DNA from: the human T2T-CHM13v2.0 reference genome, Homo sapiens
NCBI RefSeq assembly: GCF_009914755.1
Contig: NC_060937.1
Length of the DNA stretch: 64,000 nucleotides
Direction: 5' to 3' (one strand)
The stretch's first letter is position 1. The number at the start of each line of letters is the position of its first letter. Of this stretch, positions 12,140 through 24,329 are shown piece after piece. The position numbers were made by a program, and so were the translations under genes. The notes beneath the pieces are model-generated. The model was given only the letters and a program-made list of their open reading frames with translations. It did no database searches and had not been told where the DNA came from.

Positions 12140-12380
12140 TATACAGCTGGAACATGGCAAAAGAAGTCCAAAGCCCTGAGCTCAAAACCCTGACATTCCA
12201 AGTTTCCTAACCTGAGGTTATTTTCTAAACTCTTTGAGTCCTGTTTGCTCTGAGCTGCAGCCTTCTCATCTTCAAACAAGATTAGTATCTGTCCTGCCTC
12301 TCTGGCAGGGTTTTCGTAAGGATTAAATGAGAGAACGTACGTTGAAGTGCATTGTGAACTGTAAAAACGTAGATGTAGGA
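12140..12380 (+). mobile_element. MIR
   Basis: ctgagctgcagccttctcatcttcaaacaagatt...aggattaaatgagagaac...gcattgtgaactgtaaa. Confidence 0.7.
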
Positions 12381-12499
12381 AGTTCCTATAAATCCTTCTC
12401 AAAGAAAAGATATGTTATAAATAACTAGTTGTTAGGTGTCATCTTCACTTAACAATAAAACAAGTGATGACTACAAGGCCCTTTTTTGTACAGAAAAAT

Positions 12500-13270
12500 T
12501 GGTAACTTGGATTGATACGGTAGGGGTTGTTAGAGCTTCTGTAAGAAGTCAGAGTGCATCTGAGCCTTGAAGTCTGCTAGAACTTGAATGTGAAACAAAT
12601 AGAAGGACGTGGCAGACAAGAAGATTTTGAAAACTTAAAGTGTAGCCCACGCAGGTAATTTGAGGGGAGAGTAAAAAATCATTCTTGCTGTAATAGAGCA
12701 TTGGTGTTTGAGAATGGGGTTGAGATGAACTCTCATTGGTGTTGAGATGAACTTGGAGAACTAAAGAGGTCAGAGTATGGGGGACTTTGCATGTCAAGGT
12801 AAGTTTCAACTTTTTCATGTTAATAATACAATAATACTATATTTCATGTAGCAAAAATATTTTATGGAATCAATAGTCTATTATGAGGCAAATAGATTTT
12901 AGGGAAATAAATCCAATTGCATTCATTAGATCAAAGATGGAAGACTATAGCACCGAGATTGGTTAAAAGGAAGAAGAAAACTATTGTGGCCTATTCAGGA
13001 ATGAAGACCAGAGGGGAAAAAAAAAAAAAAAGCTTAAGGAGCAAAGTGCTAATGGGAGCTGGGAGAAGGAGTAATGAATTCAACATTATAAGGAGCTTGG
13101 TGTTAAAATCAGTTCAGATACATAGTGTGAGTATGGCACTGGGACACAGGGATAGGACATGCTTAAATGGGCAGATGCATGGTGATGACTCTGTGAGTCT
13201 TAGGGATGAATAATTCCCAGGAGGAGGCCCATGATATTAAGCCTTTGTTGGATAAGTTAATGTTGAGTAT
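12500..13270 (-). mobile_element. L2 (old, fragmented)
   Basis: Purine-rich antisense L2-like sequence: gagccttgaag..., ggggactttgcatgtcaaggtaag, ggagcttggtgttaaa. Confidence 0.55.
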
Positions 13271-13289
13271 AGCATTACAGAAGAGGAAC

Positions 13290-13396
13290 CATCTCAGCAT
13301 TTATAATTGTGTGAGCCAGTCTTTCATAATAAATCTCTATCTACCTATCTGTCATCTCCTATTGGCTCTGTTTCTATGGAGAACCCTAACTAACAC
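13290..13396 (+). mobile_element. MLT2 (ERVL) LTR 3' end
   Basis: ataattgtgtgagccagtctttcataataaatctct...tcctattggctctgtttctatggagaaccctaactaacaca. Confidence 0.85.
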
Positions 13397-13836
13397 AGAG
13401 AGCAAAACATGCATAAAAGCAATCTTGAATCAGTACTGAATATGCAGTAGGCAAAACACACGAACATTCAGCAAAGTAGATAGTATGCAAATATGCAATA
13501 CTTTGTCTGTCAACAAAATTGAAAATTCCTGGGTTAAAATTAACTCTAAGGTTTGAAATGTCTTGTATGAATAGCATACATCTGAAAAAAAAAGTCAGAA
13601 ATTCTTATTTTTATAGCCTGTAACCAACCAGTTATGGAAGAGCACAGAAGAATGTAAAAAAAAAAAAAATCATTCAATTTAGGAGCAAGTGAAGGTAGTT
13701 TGAGATATTTAGTAACTCTCTCTACTTTTAAAATAATAAAATATTTGGAAACAAATATTTGGAATTATACATGATAGAGTGCTTCATTTTCATGGAACTT
13801 TACAGTTTACAAAACACTTAAATGAATGTTATGTAA

Positions 13837-14136
<300 letters not shown>

Positions 14137-14531
14137 TAAATGTTATGTATTTTTATTGATGAATACATACTAACATGTTTGTAAATCTTTTTCATAAACT
14201 GTAAAGCAGATGCAAATGTAAAATATTGATAGCAATTTATAGGCATTTTATTGAACAATTTTAACTTGCTCAGTTATGTACTTGAAACAGTTTTATTTTT
14301 CTCCAATCTCTACCAAATATTTTCTATTCATTAAGGGTATCTTCGGCAGATCCCATAGATTTGGGGTCAGTTTCGACCTTAAAAATCCAATCCAGTGTAG
14401 TTTAAAACTACAATATCATATTTTTTTCTTCCCCAAAACCAATCATGGGGCTTTGCATCAGGAGTGAGAATAATCTGCTTATTATGCCCCTAACTATACT
14501 TCCTGGTTTTAGCTTCTCTCAGATTGGAGAC

Positions 14532-14913
14532 TGTATTAGTCCAATTTCACACTACTATAAAGAATTGCTCAAGACTGGATAATTTATAAAGGAAAGAGCT
14601 TTAATTGACTCACAGTTCAGCATGGGTAGGAAGGCCTCAGGAAATTTACAATCATGGAGGAAGGTGAAGGGGAAGCAAGGCACCTTGTTCACGGGGCATC
14701 AGGAAGGAGAATAAATGCAGGAGGAACTACCAAATACTTATAATACCATCAGATCTCATGAGAACTCACTATCACGAGAACAGCATGGGGGAACCGCCCC
14801 CATGATTCAATTACCTCCACCTGGTCTCTCCCTTGACATGTTGGGATTATAGGGATTATGGGGATTATAATTCAAGATGAGATTTTGGGTGGGGACACAG
14901 CCAAACCATATCA
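14532..14913 (-). mobile_element. THE1 (THE1C/D-like) solo LTR
   Basis: tgtattagtcc...gggtggggacacagccaaaccatatca with near-TSD gagac/gagat. Confidence 0.93.
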
Positions 14914-15234
14914 GAGATGTAGAAGAAGGATGGAAGAAAAGATCTCTTCACTGGGCTGTAGTCACTGTTCTCCAGCTAACACTAACTGGCCTCTATACCT
15001 TCATTGTGGAGGTGTCCACTACTAACTCTCCCATAATGAACTTCCTGTGTACTTTCCTGAAGAAGATGAGGAAGTTATAGCATGGAGTTTTCTAACATGC
15101 CTCAACTTATACTGGTGGCTCACATCATAGGCAATCCACTGGGCTGGAGATGGTGGGGGAGAGGGCAGCTAGCCTGGTAGCTAGTAAACCCTTTGGTTAG
15201 GATAACAGCTCAGATAGGCACAGAGACAGAGCCT

Positions 15235-15302
15235 CTGCATGAGGGAATCCCTGTGGTGGGATTCCATAGGTCCACTGCATAAGGGAATCCCTATGGTGGG
15301 AT
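15235..15302. repeat. Duplicated 28-bp unit, 40-bp period
   Basis: ctgcatgagggaatccctgtggtgggat and ctgcataagggaatccctatggtgggat. Confidence 0.9.
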
Positions 15303-15385
15303 ACAAGCTAATCATCCATTCTTATGGGCATCCCAAACTCTGTGGATGGTTCTGTTGGATCGTTCTCCTTGCTTGGCTTAGGCAA

Positions 15386-15774
15386 TCATATAGCTGAATG
15401 TCCCCCCCAAATTCATGTGTTTTGAAATTTAATTACAAATGTGATAGTATTAAGAGGTGGGATCTTTAGGGGGTGATTAAATCAGAAAAGCAGAGCCATC
15501 ATGGATGGGATTAGGACCCTTATAAAAGGGCTTGAGGAAGTGGGTTCATTCCCTTCTGTCCCTTCCGCCATATAAGGAAGTAGCATTAGTTCTCTCTGGA
15601 GAATGAGGAGCAATAAGGTGTCATCTGGGAAGCAGAGAACAGCCCTTGCCAGACACAGAACTTGCTTCTATTTTAGACTTCCCAGCCTCTAGAACTGTGA
15701 GAAATAAGTTTCTGTTGTTGATACATTACCCAGTCTCAGGTACTTAATTATAGTAGCACAAATGGACTAACACA
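15386..15774 (+). mobile_element. MST (MSTC/D-like) solo LTR
   Basis: gaatgtcccccccaaattcatgtg...gacttcccagcctctagaactgtgagaaataag...aaatggactaacaca; flanks ggcaa/ggcag. Confidence 0.88.
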
Positions 15775-15779
15775 GGCAG

Positions 15780-16310
15780 CATATTAGTTAGCTTATTACT
15801 GCATAAGAAACTACACAGACATATAATACTCTTAAACATCAAACATATATTATTTCTCATAACCCTAGATCCAACTGTAGAGTTCTGCTGATCTGGGTGA
15901 GGCTCGGTTCATGTCAGCGGAGCCACTCATGCATCTGCAGTCAGCAGGCAGGTAAGCTGGAGCTAACTACTCTACCATGGTCTCAACTGGAAGACGTAGT
16001 TCTCCTCCATGTGTCTCTCATCTGGCAGGCTAACTGGGATTTGTTCTCTTGGCAATAGCAAAATTCCAAGAAGGAGAGAGGAATCATGCATAGTATCTTA
16101 AGCCATAGGTGTAGAACTGGAATATCATCACTTCTGCTACGTTATTTAGCCAAAAAAAAAAAAAAAAGCCAAAACTTCATCCCAGATTCAAGAAGTAGGG
16201 AAACAGACTCCACTTATTAATGGCAGAAGCTTAAAGGTTACATTTTAAAGAGCAAGGATAAAGGAAAACACAGAAAATTAGGGTAATTTTTGTAATCAAA
16301 TTACTAGAGA
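15780..16310 (-). mobile_element. MLT1 (G/H-like) LTR, 3' LTR of the provirus
   Basis: attagttagcttattactgcataag...cactcatgcatctgcagtcagc...cccagattcaagaagtagggaaacagactccac. Confidence 0.82.
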
Positions 16311-17653
16311 GGACCTCCAGCTTCAATTATTTACATACATTTCTCATGTAAAATATACTCACCATCTCCCAAGACCTTTACAAGTCCCACCCACGCAGCC
16401 CTGGCATGATGATCATGATCTACATTAGGTCTTGTTGTGGCTTCTTGTTATCCAGAGATTTTTACCTAAAAAGCCAAGCCTTCTAGAGTCCAAATACAAA
16501 ATAAAGCTAGGACAGAATAAACCCATACTCTCCATTCAGAAATGACACTTCATTCGAAAATGTGGAGAAGGAGAGGAGCAGAATAGTCTCAATATTCGTT
16601 CTAAATCATTTCCCTGCCAGGGAAATGCTGCAAGAACTCCCGATTCAGGGTTTGGGTAATGTTCCTTTATGAGATCCTGGTTCTACTCTCTGGGGGTGGT
16701 CCTCTTTTCCAGTGTTCTCTTCAGATCTTGCCACAACCCTCTTGCCTCTTGATTCTGAAACACCTGTTTTCCATCACGTCTTATTTCTGAAGAAAGAGCC
16801 TGTGCTTGCTGCTGAGTACCTTTTTCAACCTGATTCCTGCCCATGTCAAATTGAGGGAATAAATTTACTTTCAAAAGTTGAACAGTGTCAGTTCCTTTTA
16901 GCTTGATTAAGCTGCTCTTTTGTCATTACAACTTTGTGGACTTTATACATACCTGATTATTGTCTACTTCCTGTTTCAAAAGTTACACTCAAAATTGTTT
17001 TTCAGTGCCCCTTTCTAGATGTAATCACTGTTACTTTGGGATCAGACTTCTGTGAGACCACACCTATATAAAGTTTCCTAAAAAGTCATTTTTCTCCAGC
17101 TGAGAAGCCCCACTAAGCATGGCCTTAATTCTTGCAGAAAAGAATTCTCATTTTTTTGTTAAGACTTAATTTTTAAGACTTAATACTGAATTCCTAAGTC
17201 TTAACGAAAGATCTTTCAGCCTTACTCTAATTTGATCTTTGTTATCAGGCTTCATTTTTACCTTGAGAATCCATTAAAGGCAAAAGAGATCAGAGATGAG
17301 AAATAGCTTTTATTTCCAACGAAGAAAGTTCTCTCTATTCCGTCTAAATTCTTTTTGTAAACTGGCCAATTCTTTTCTTAGCTCATCTCTTTCTTTAGGT
17401 TACCTTACCAGTTCAGCTACAAGCAACCACATGACAGTTCTAACATTTGCCTGGAAATCATCTTGATCAACTCCAGGAGTGCATTAGGAAAAATCTTTAT
17501 CTTCCAAATTACCAAAGGCCACATTTTAACACCTGTTGTGCTCCTGTATAACAAAGGTCATGTTTCCAGCCTCCACCAACCATCTTATTGCAAAATCAAA
17601 ACAACATATTAGGATTTTGTTTTGGCAACATTCTACTTATAGGTAATAATTTC
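16311..17653 (-). mobile_element. MLT1 internal region (MaLR-int)
   Basis: Lies between two related LTRs; junction ggcaacattctacttataggtaataatttc|tgtatc matches the MaLR int/LTR boundary (gcaacaccccactcctggtaccaatttc|tgtatt). Confidence 0.7.
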
Positions 17654-18172
17654 TGTATCATTTGGATAATGCTGCATAACCAAGCACCCAATAACTTCAT
17701 GACTTAAAGCAGCAACAAATTATTACTTCCAAAATCTAAGCGTGGCTGGGCATTTCAGCCAATCCAGTCAGGGCTCCACTGAACATATCTGGAATCATTC
17801 ATGTGTCTGCAGTCAGCTGGTGAGTCAGCTGGAAACTGGATGGGCTGTGATGGCTCCAGCTGGGACATCTCAGGTCCCCTCCACTGCACATGCCCTTCAC
17901 ATCCTTTGAGAGGCTAGCATGGGCTTGTTCTCATGGGGGTGGCTGGATTATAGAGAGAGTGGAAATACGCAAGGCTTCTTGAGAACTAGACTCAGCACTC
18001 CTTTCTGCTGTTTTCTATTACCCAAAGCAAGTCAAGCAACAGGTAGCAACAGGCAAAGTCAGTCCATATAAAAAATATGAAGATTCTACCTGTTGCTAGA
18101 AAAACCTGAAAAGTCACAATAGAAAGCATTTGGATACAAGGGAGGGAGTGTTATTTTGCAATCTTTATGGCA
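17654..18172 (-). mobile_element. MLT1 (G/H-like) LTR, 5' LTR of the provirus
   Basis: tgtatcatttggataatgctgcataacc...cattcatgtgtctgcagtcagctgg...gggcttgttctcatgg...ttttgcaatct. Confidence 0.82.
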
Positions 18173-18938
18173 GATGTGAAGCACCCCAGGACAGAAAGAA
18201 TGGAGAAATCACAGCATTCCCCACTGGGCTAAAGACACAGCATTCAGACAGTCCCTCCACTCTCACTCCCTTCCCCAGCCCTCTGCTTAAGGAGATGTGG
18301 GGTAGAGGTGGGAGGAAGGACATGGGGGTTTATGAGACACTATGTTGGCAATGATAGAGAATGGCAATACAGATTCAAAGCTTGTAGAAAGTAACCCCAG
18401 TTTTGGTGTTTTGTTTTAAACAATATATTTTATTGACATTTCTTAGACTCTAATTGTGGGGTAGAGTTGTGCATTCTGAGGCAAAAGGAATATTTCCATT
18501 CCTGTTATTATGGTGTTATTCTATGATTTAACCTAACTGGGTTGATAGAGCTGTAATTTACTGTTAGTTATCAGATAGACCTTCGGAAGGAATAAGGACT
18601 ATAACCCAAGAGCACACCATTGGGAAGTGGTGAAGTTTGCAACTAACTCAAGTCTTCTGATTGCAAGTCAGTAGCTCCATAATTTCTTCATTCAAAGGGT
18701 TTGTGACTGGCAGGCAGGTTAGGAGAAGGAACTTGCAGACTTTTCTGAAAGCTGCATTTGCACAGCATTTAATATAAGACTGAAAAAAACTCAGTTGTTC
18801 TCCTAAAAAAAAAAGGGGGGGCAGAGGTGTTGATGGAAATAATGAGAGTTAACCATCATCCCAGTGCAATATAATCCAATACTTGGTGGTACTTTTGCTC
18901 CAAAGCTACTGCTTTTTTCACTATGTTGCCTTGCCTCT

Positions 18939-19383
18939 TGTAGTGGGTAGTATTGTGTCTCCCAGAAACTGTTTGTGTCTCCAAAAATGTCCTAGCCCTT
19001 TGTACCTGAGAATGTGACCTTATTTGGAAATAGGGTCTTTTAGATCTATTCAAGTTAAGATGAGATTATACTGAATAAGGGTGGGCACTAAATCCAATGA
19101 CTAGTGTCTTTATAAGAAGGAAATTTGGACTCAGATAGATACATAGGAAATAACACCATCTGACGATGGAGGCAGAGATTGGAGCAAAATGTCTACGAGC
19201 CTAGCCAGAAATGCCAAGGATTTCCAGCAACTACTAGAAGTTATGAGGAAGCAGAAAGGATCATCCTCTAGAGCTTTCAGAGAAAACATGGCCCTGCTGA
19301 TACATTGATTTTGGTCTTCCAGCCTTCAGAACTGCAAGAGAACTGTGTGTTTTAAGCCACCAAATTTTTGGAAATGTGTTATA
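18939..19383 (+). mobile_element. MLT1B/C LTR
   Basis: gaatgtgaccttatttggaaatagggtcttt...gatggaggcagagattggag...cttccagccttcagaactgcaagag. Confidence 0.9.
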
Positions 19384-19411
19384 TACCTTTCAATTTCATC
19401 CAAATTGTTAC

Positions 19412-19894
19412 TGTAAGAGAGGTGAACTTTTTACCTCTACCCTCTACCCTCTTAGAGTCCCAGCTGGGCATGAGAATTAAATTGACATAAGATAGATTAA
19501 CAGAAGAGAAGCATGTAACTTTTACATGATAGAAGGAAACGAAAACACAAAGAAGTGTCAAAACCAAAATGCTTTTATATTAGGTACAATTACAAAGAGA
19601 TGTAATTGTAGTAAAGTGACTAAATAATGTGGTGAGGCTAGAGGAAGAAAAGAATTATGTTAATAATATCTGTTTGTACAGAATTCTCCCAGCTATGACT
19701 CCCCGTTGAAGAATATTTTTCTTCTCTTGGTCCAGGAAGGGCATCTGTGACATAAGAATTTTAATCTCCTGTTTTCAGGAAGAAAAAGAGATTAGAATGT
19801 CCTTCTTGCATCTGCTGTTTTTCAAGTGCATTAACTCAAAATAATCCTTATACGGAAGTGGTAAATTTTGAGACGTATATTTGGCTACGTTTCA
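19412..19894 (-). mobile_element. ERV1 MER4-group solo LTR (LTR54/MER67-like)
   Basis: TG...CA termini, 4-bp TSD ttac on both sides, ctcaaaataatccttat...gtggtaaattttgag end typical of the MER4 group. Confidence 0.78.
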
Positions 19895-20873
19895 TTACAA
19901 ACTTGTTGACCTAGTCCACACCACTGTATAATCTAATGAAGAGAAAAAAAGACTGCAGACAAGTTAACATTTCCTATTTCTTAAATTGAGGAAGAGAGGA
20001 GTCCGAGGGAATGAAGAACTGTGACTTTAAAATATTATTTTTTCTCTCCACTTCTCACAAGGTCAGCCTCCCTACCTAAAACAGCCACTTGAAGCTAATC
20101 TCAAAGCTTCCAGTACAATTTTATTTGACCTTTAGTTAAAGACCACCTCTACCAGGCAACTGACTTTGCTACATCCCCTTGGGCTGTTGCAGAAGTCAGA
20201 TTTCACAGTGTTCCTTTCATTGTTCGGCTTGGAAACCTAAAATCTGTTCATCCTAAAAGAAACCAACCTGAAAGTGCCAATTGAGGCAATAACAAAACAT
20301 ATATTTCGTATTTTTGAGAAAAAATACGCAGGGAAGAAAAATGAAGAGAATAAAATAGCTGTTTATCTGAAAACTGTGTTTTTCTATGCTGAGCACTCTG
20401 TTTATAGAGCCAATACATCATGTCCACCAACAAGTGGAAGTGAAGCATGTTTCTTCCACACATTGTTTGACACGGAAAGTGAGTATTTTATTGGCATTGG
20501 GTAATTTAAACTCACATAGTGGTGTCTGAAGTATATTAGCAGCATACCATGCAAAGACTAGATTGTTCAGCAATTTGTGTACCAGAGAGAAGCAGTCCAA
20601 AACAATTCAGGAGAGAGGCAAGGGCAAAAAGTCTGGAGAAGTTGCTTTATGTCAGACTAATATAGCTGTCATTAGGAAGATATTCATTAGCATCAGGTAA
20701 ATCTAAAAATTTTGCCACCCAGTTTGCTAAATGCTAGTTTAAATGGCAGAGTTACAGGTAATGACATGGTAATACTGATCTACCACATACTCAGCACTGA
20801 TGCTGCCTCAGATAATCCATTGGATTCATTCTTCCTATTTTTCCCTAACTTCTCCATAACAAACAACATCTGA

Positions 20874-20877
<4 letters not shown>

Positions 20878-20915
<38 letters not shown>
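20878..20915. repeat. (CA)n microsatellite, about 19 units
   Basis: Uninterrupted acacac run. Confidence 0.98.
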
Positions 20916-20917
<2 letters not shown>

Positions 20918-20939
20918 ATGCATATTTATTGCTATGAAA

Positions 20940-21180
20940 GACAGAATGTATTGGGATTAAAAGTATTTGATCTGGAGTTAGACTACCTAGATTTGAATCC
21001 CAGGTTTACCATTTACTGCTGTGCAAACTGTATCTATGGAATAGAGATTACATAGTTCGTATATCATATGTACTATTGTGACAAGTGTTATAAAGGATAA
21101 TACATGCAAAATGCAGCCCGAGACACCAAATAAATAGTCAATAAATGTCAGATATCATCATCGTCTTCATCACTATCATT
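20940..21180 (+). mobile_element. MIR
   Basis: tctggagttagactacctagatttgaatcccagg...ccatttactgctgtg...agtcaataaatgtcag. Confidence 0.8.
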
Positions 21181-21887
21181 ATACACACTCACAGGATTGG
21201 TTATCAATGTACATCTGTATGACTGGAAGTCTCTATAGGTTTGTACATGAACTTAGGGGTCTAAGGCTTACCAAAGGATTGGACTTCAGAAAATTGTGTT
21301 GATTTTTCCTTTAGAAAATATTGTGAAATAAAACTCGGGAAAATGTCTGCAAGTTTAAACTTAGTCAAATGGTCAGCTAATTAATAGAGAAAAATCTGTT
21401 CAATATTAACCAATCTTGTCAGCTAGTCCACCTAGATAAAACAGCGTTGTCTTATCTACTCATTTATAGACCAGTTGAATCATGCCGTAACGGATGAGTT
21501 AACATGATTAAAGGCAAGAAGCAACTAAAGCAAAAGGTATTGAGGGAAGGTAACAAGTAGTTCCACTTGTCTGGCTCAACAGATTGTAACGTAAAGCACT
21601 CTGGACCTCAGAAAAATTCCAGCTTCTACTACCCAGCATGCAATAGGAACATCAAACTTTTTCTTTGGGCCTAAATGTTGGGTTGATTGGTTTTCATATC
21701 AGCTATAAAGCAAAGGTTTGTGTGATATGAAATGAGGAACTAATGTGAAAACTCTAAGATTTTTCAAAACTGGAAAAAAATAATATAATTTATTATTAAA
21801 CTCATCAGAGGTATTTTTAATAAGAGGTTAAAAAAGTAAAACTAGAAATACTAGTCCGGAGAAGTTAGACTTTCCACTCTAGCTTAG

Positions 21888-22188
<301 letters not shown>

Positions 22189-22544
22189 CAAAGTGATGTT
22201 TTAATGAGTTGTTCTTGCAGCCACGTATGGCCTTCTTTTGATTGGGTCATGTTTTTCTCCTTGCAAGTCAGATAAGATAGCAAATAAAGACAATCTACAC
22301 AATATGTCCTTGCTCCTTAGAATTTTCTATAGAAAATACAGATTAAAAAACTACTTGTGACACTTACGAGCAGGGTTTTCTGGCTATCAATCAGCCTTCT
22401 GGTGCCATAAATGAAGATACTTACAAGAAGATGGTCTTAAAAACTAATAAGAAATGGGTATTTTTAATGTCACAGTGCTTGGTTATATTTTTAGAGAGAC
22501 TTTTTTTTGGTGTTGTTGATATAAGTGCACTACATTTCACTTCC

Positions 22545-23420
22545 ACCTACAGAGTAGATCCTATTAGTGTTCAAAATATTTGCTGCCCCTCCCTGTGGGG
22601 GCTGATTGTACCTTCTCTCTCCATTGCTATTAAGCTTGTCTCTGCAAGTTTCCTTGAGCAATAAGATATGAACAGTAGTGACATATGCCACTTCCAAATA
22701 GAAGCTATAAAAGCCTTCACATGGTTCCACAATCTCTGACTGCCATGGAAAAATGAAATATTAAAAGCTTCCACGCTCTTAGAAAAAAACTTTATGGAAA
22801 GCATAATAACAAGTAAACACCAGAACTCTCTAAACCTATCTAAGCAATCAATGATGGTTCTACAGCCGTGGTAATAGTAATGATCAGAACTGCTCAAGAA
22901 CATCAGCCAATCAGTGACAACCTCTTACTTCTAAAAGTCATTGATTCAAGAAAGGATTTATAAAAGGAAGATTCCCTGAATGTCAATTAATCAATAACAG
23001 TATCCCCCTAGTAACTATGCTTCTACAGATGATGTCAGCACACTCCCATACTATAAATCTGCCAATCCCCAAACTCCAGTCTTTCCAAAAGCCCTATAAA
23101 GGATCAGTTATCTGCTTTGCTTAAGTGTATTCTTGATTCACATAGCTTTCCCTCACTTAAATAAGCAATAAATTCAGCCTTAAGGTTTTTATTTCAAATA
23201 CTGAGTGGTGGTCTTATCTTTTGACACGTGAAATAAAAAATGACCAGATAGGGCCTACTCTGCCTGTCTGAGTCCTCATTGAAGAGAATGTGGCACAGAG
23301 CCATGGCTGGCCCTTGGTGAACAAGTAACATCAGTAAGACATAACTGTTGTTTGTGCAAGCCACTGAGATTTTCACGTAGTTTGTTACCACAGAATACTG
23401 TACACTATGCTGAATTATAA
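22545..23420 (+). mobile_element. MLT1I/J-like LTR split by an ERV1 LTR
   Basis: 5' part caaaatatttgctgcccctccctg...agtgacatatgccacttcc; 3' part aagccactgagattttcacgtagtttgttaccacag. Confidence 0.75.
22746..23226 (+). mobile_element. ERV1-type solo LTR (MER110/MER89-like) nested in MLT1
   Basis: CCAAT boxes (cagccaatcag), tataaa, aagcaataaattcagcctt, terminal tttgaca. Confidence 0.6.
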
Positions 23421-23879
23421 AGACTGTAAGTCTAAGTTATAAAATTACACAAGAAAACAGGCAGTTATAATTTATGTCCCACTGCTAAGTTTTCCACTTG
23501 TGAGATCAGACTTATCTTCTTCATTTAATATAATTACTAGGTTTTCACAATTTCAACACAGCATTTATTTTAAAGGGTTCATTTTATTATTTCATTTAAA
23601 AATTATTTTTCCTGTAAACTATATGATTTTCAAAGATTACTCCTCTGCAAAACAACTTTTTAAACTTTTAAAAAGTTTTAAAATCAAAACAAATAAGGAA
23701 GTTAAATTTGTCTTTAAAACATGTTAAATTTTACTAGAAAGTATCTACTACTAAGAGAAGTAGTATGCCTGTAGTTATGTTTCAGTTGATATATGATTAT
23801 TTTCAAATTTTGTTATGTGGTTAGAACTCATGGAATTCATTTTGAAGGGCAGATAATCATAACAATTCAGTTATCACGG

Positions 23880-24220
23880 ACACCTATTAATTCATATAAC
23901 AAATATATATTGATAATATATTATATGTAAACTACAGGATTCAATGCAGTTAGTGTTCTAAAATAAATAAGACACAGAAATTGCTTTCAAGTTCTAAAAT
24001 TGAAAAAACTCTAAAAGTAAGAAAGTCTAAAAGTTTAAAAAAAGAAATTTAATTTATACTCCTAATAAAATGAGAGCATAATCAAAGGCATCAGAAAGAT
24101 GTACATAAAATGATATGTGAGAACTGAGGGATAAGAAATTACAATTGAGGAAAATCAGAGAAAGTTTATGGAGGAGGTACCTTTAAACAGGCCTTGAAAG
24201 ATCAGTAGGAAATACACATA
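23880..24220 (-). mobile_element. L2 3' region
   Basis: attcatataacaaatatatattga...aaataagacacag...atcagagaaagtttatggaggaggtacctttaaacaggccttgaaag. Confidence 0.7.
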
Positions 24221-24283
24221 GGAGCCTGTCTTCATATAAGCAAGGCAGGACTACCCATCTCTTCAGTGTGACCCTGATCTAGA

Positions 24284-24329
24284 CATTACTTTTAATGGTA
24301 AAAACCATAATTACTTTTGCACCAGCCTA
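24284..24329. mobile_element. MADE1 (Hsmar1 MITE) half element
   Basis: cattacttttaatggtaaaaaccataattacttttgcaccagccta matches the centre and one arm of MADE1. Confidence 0.88.
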
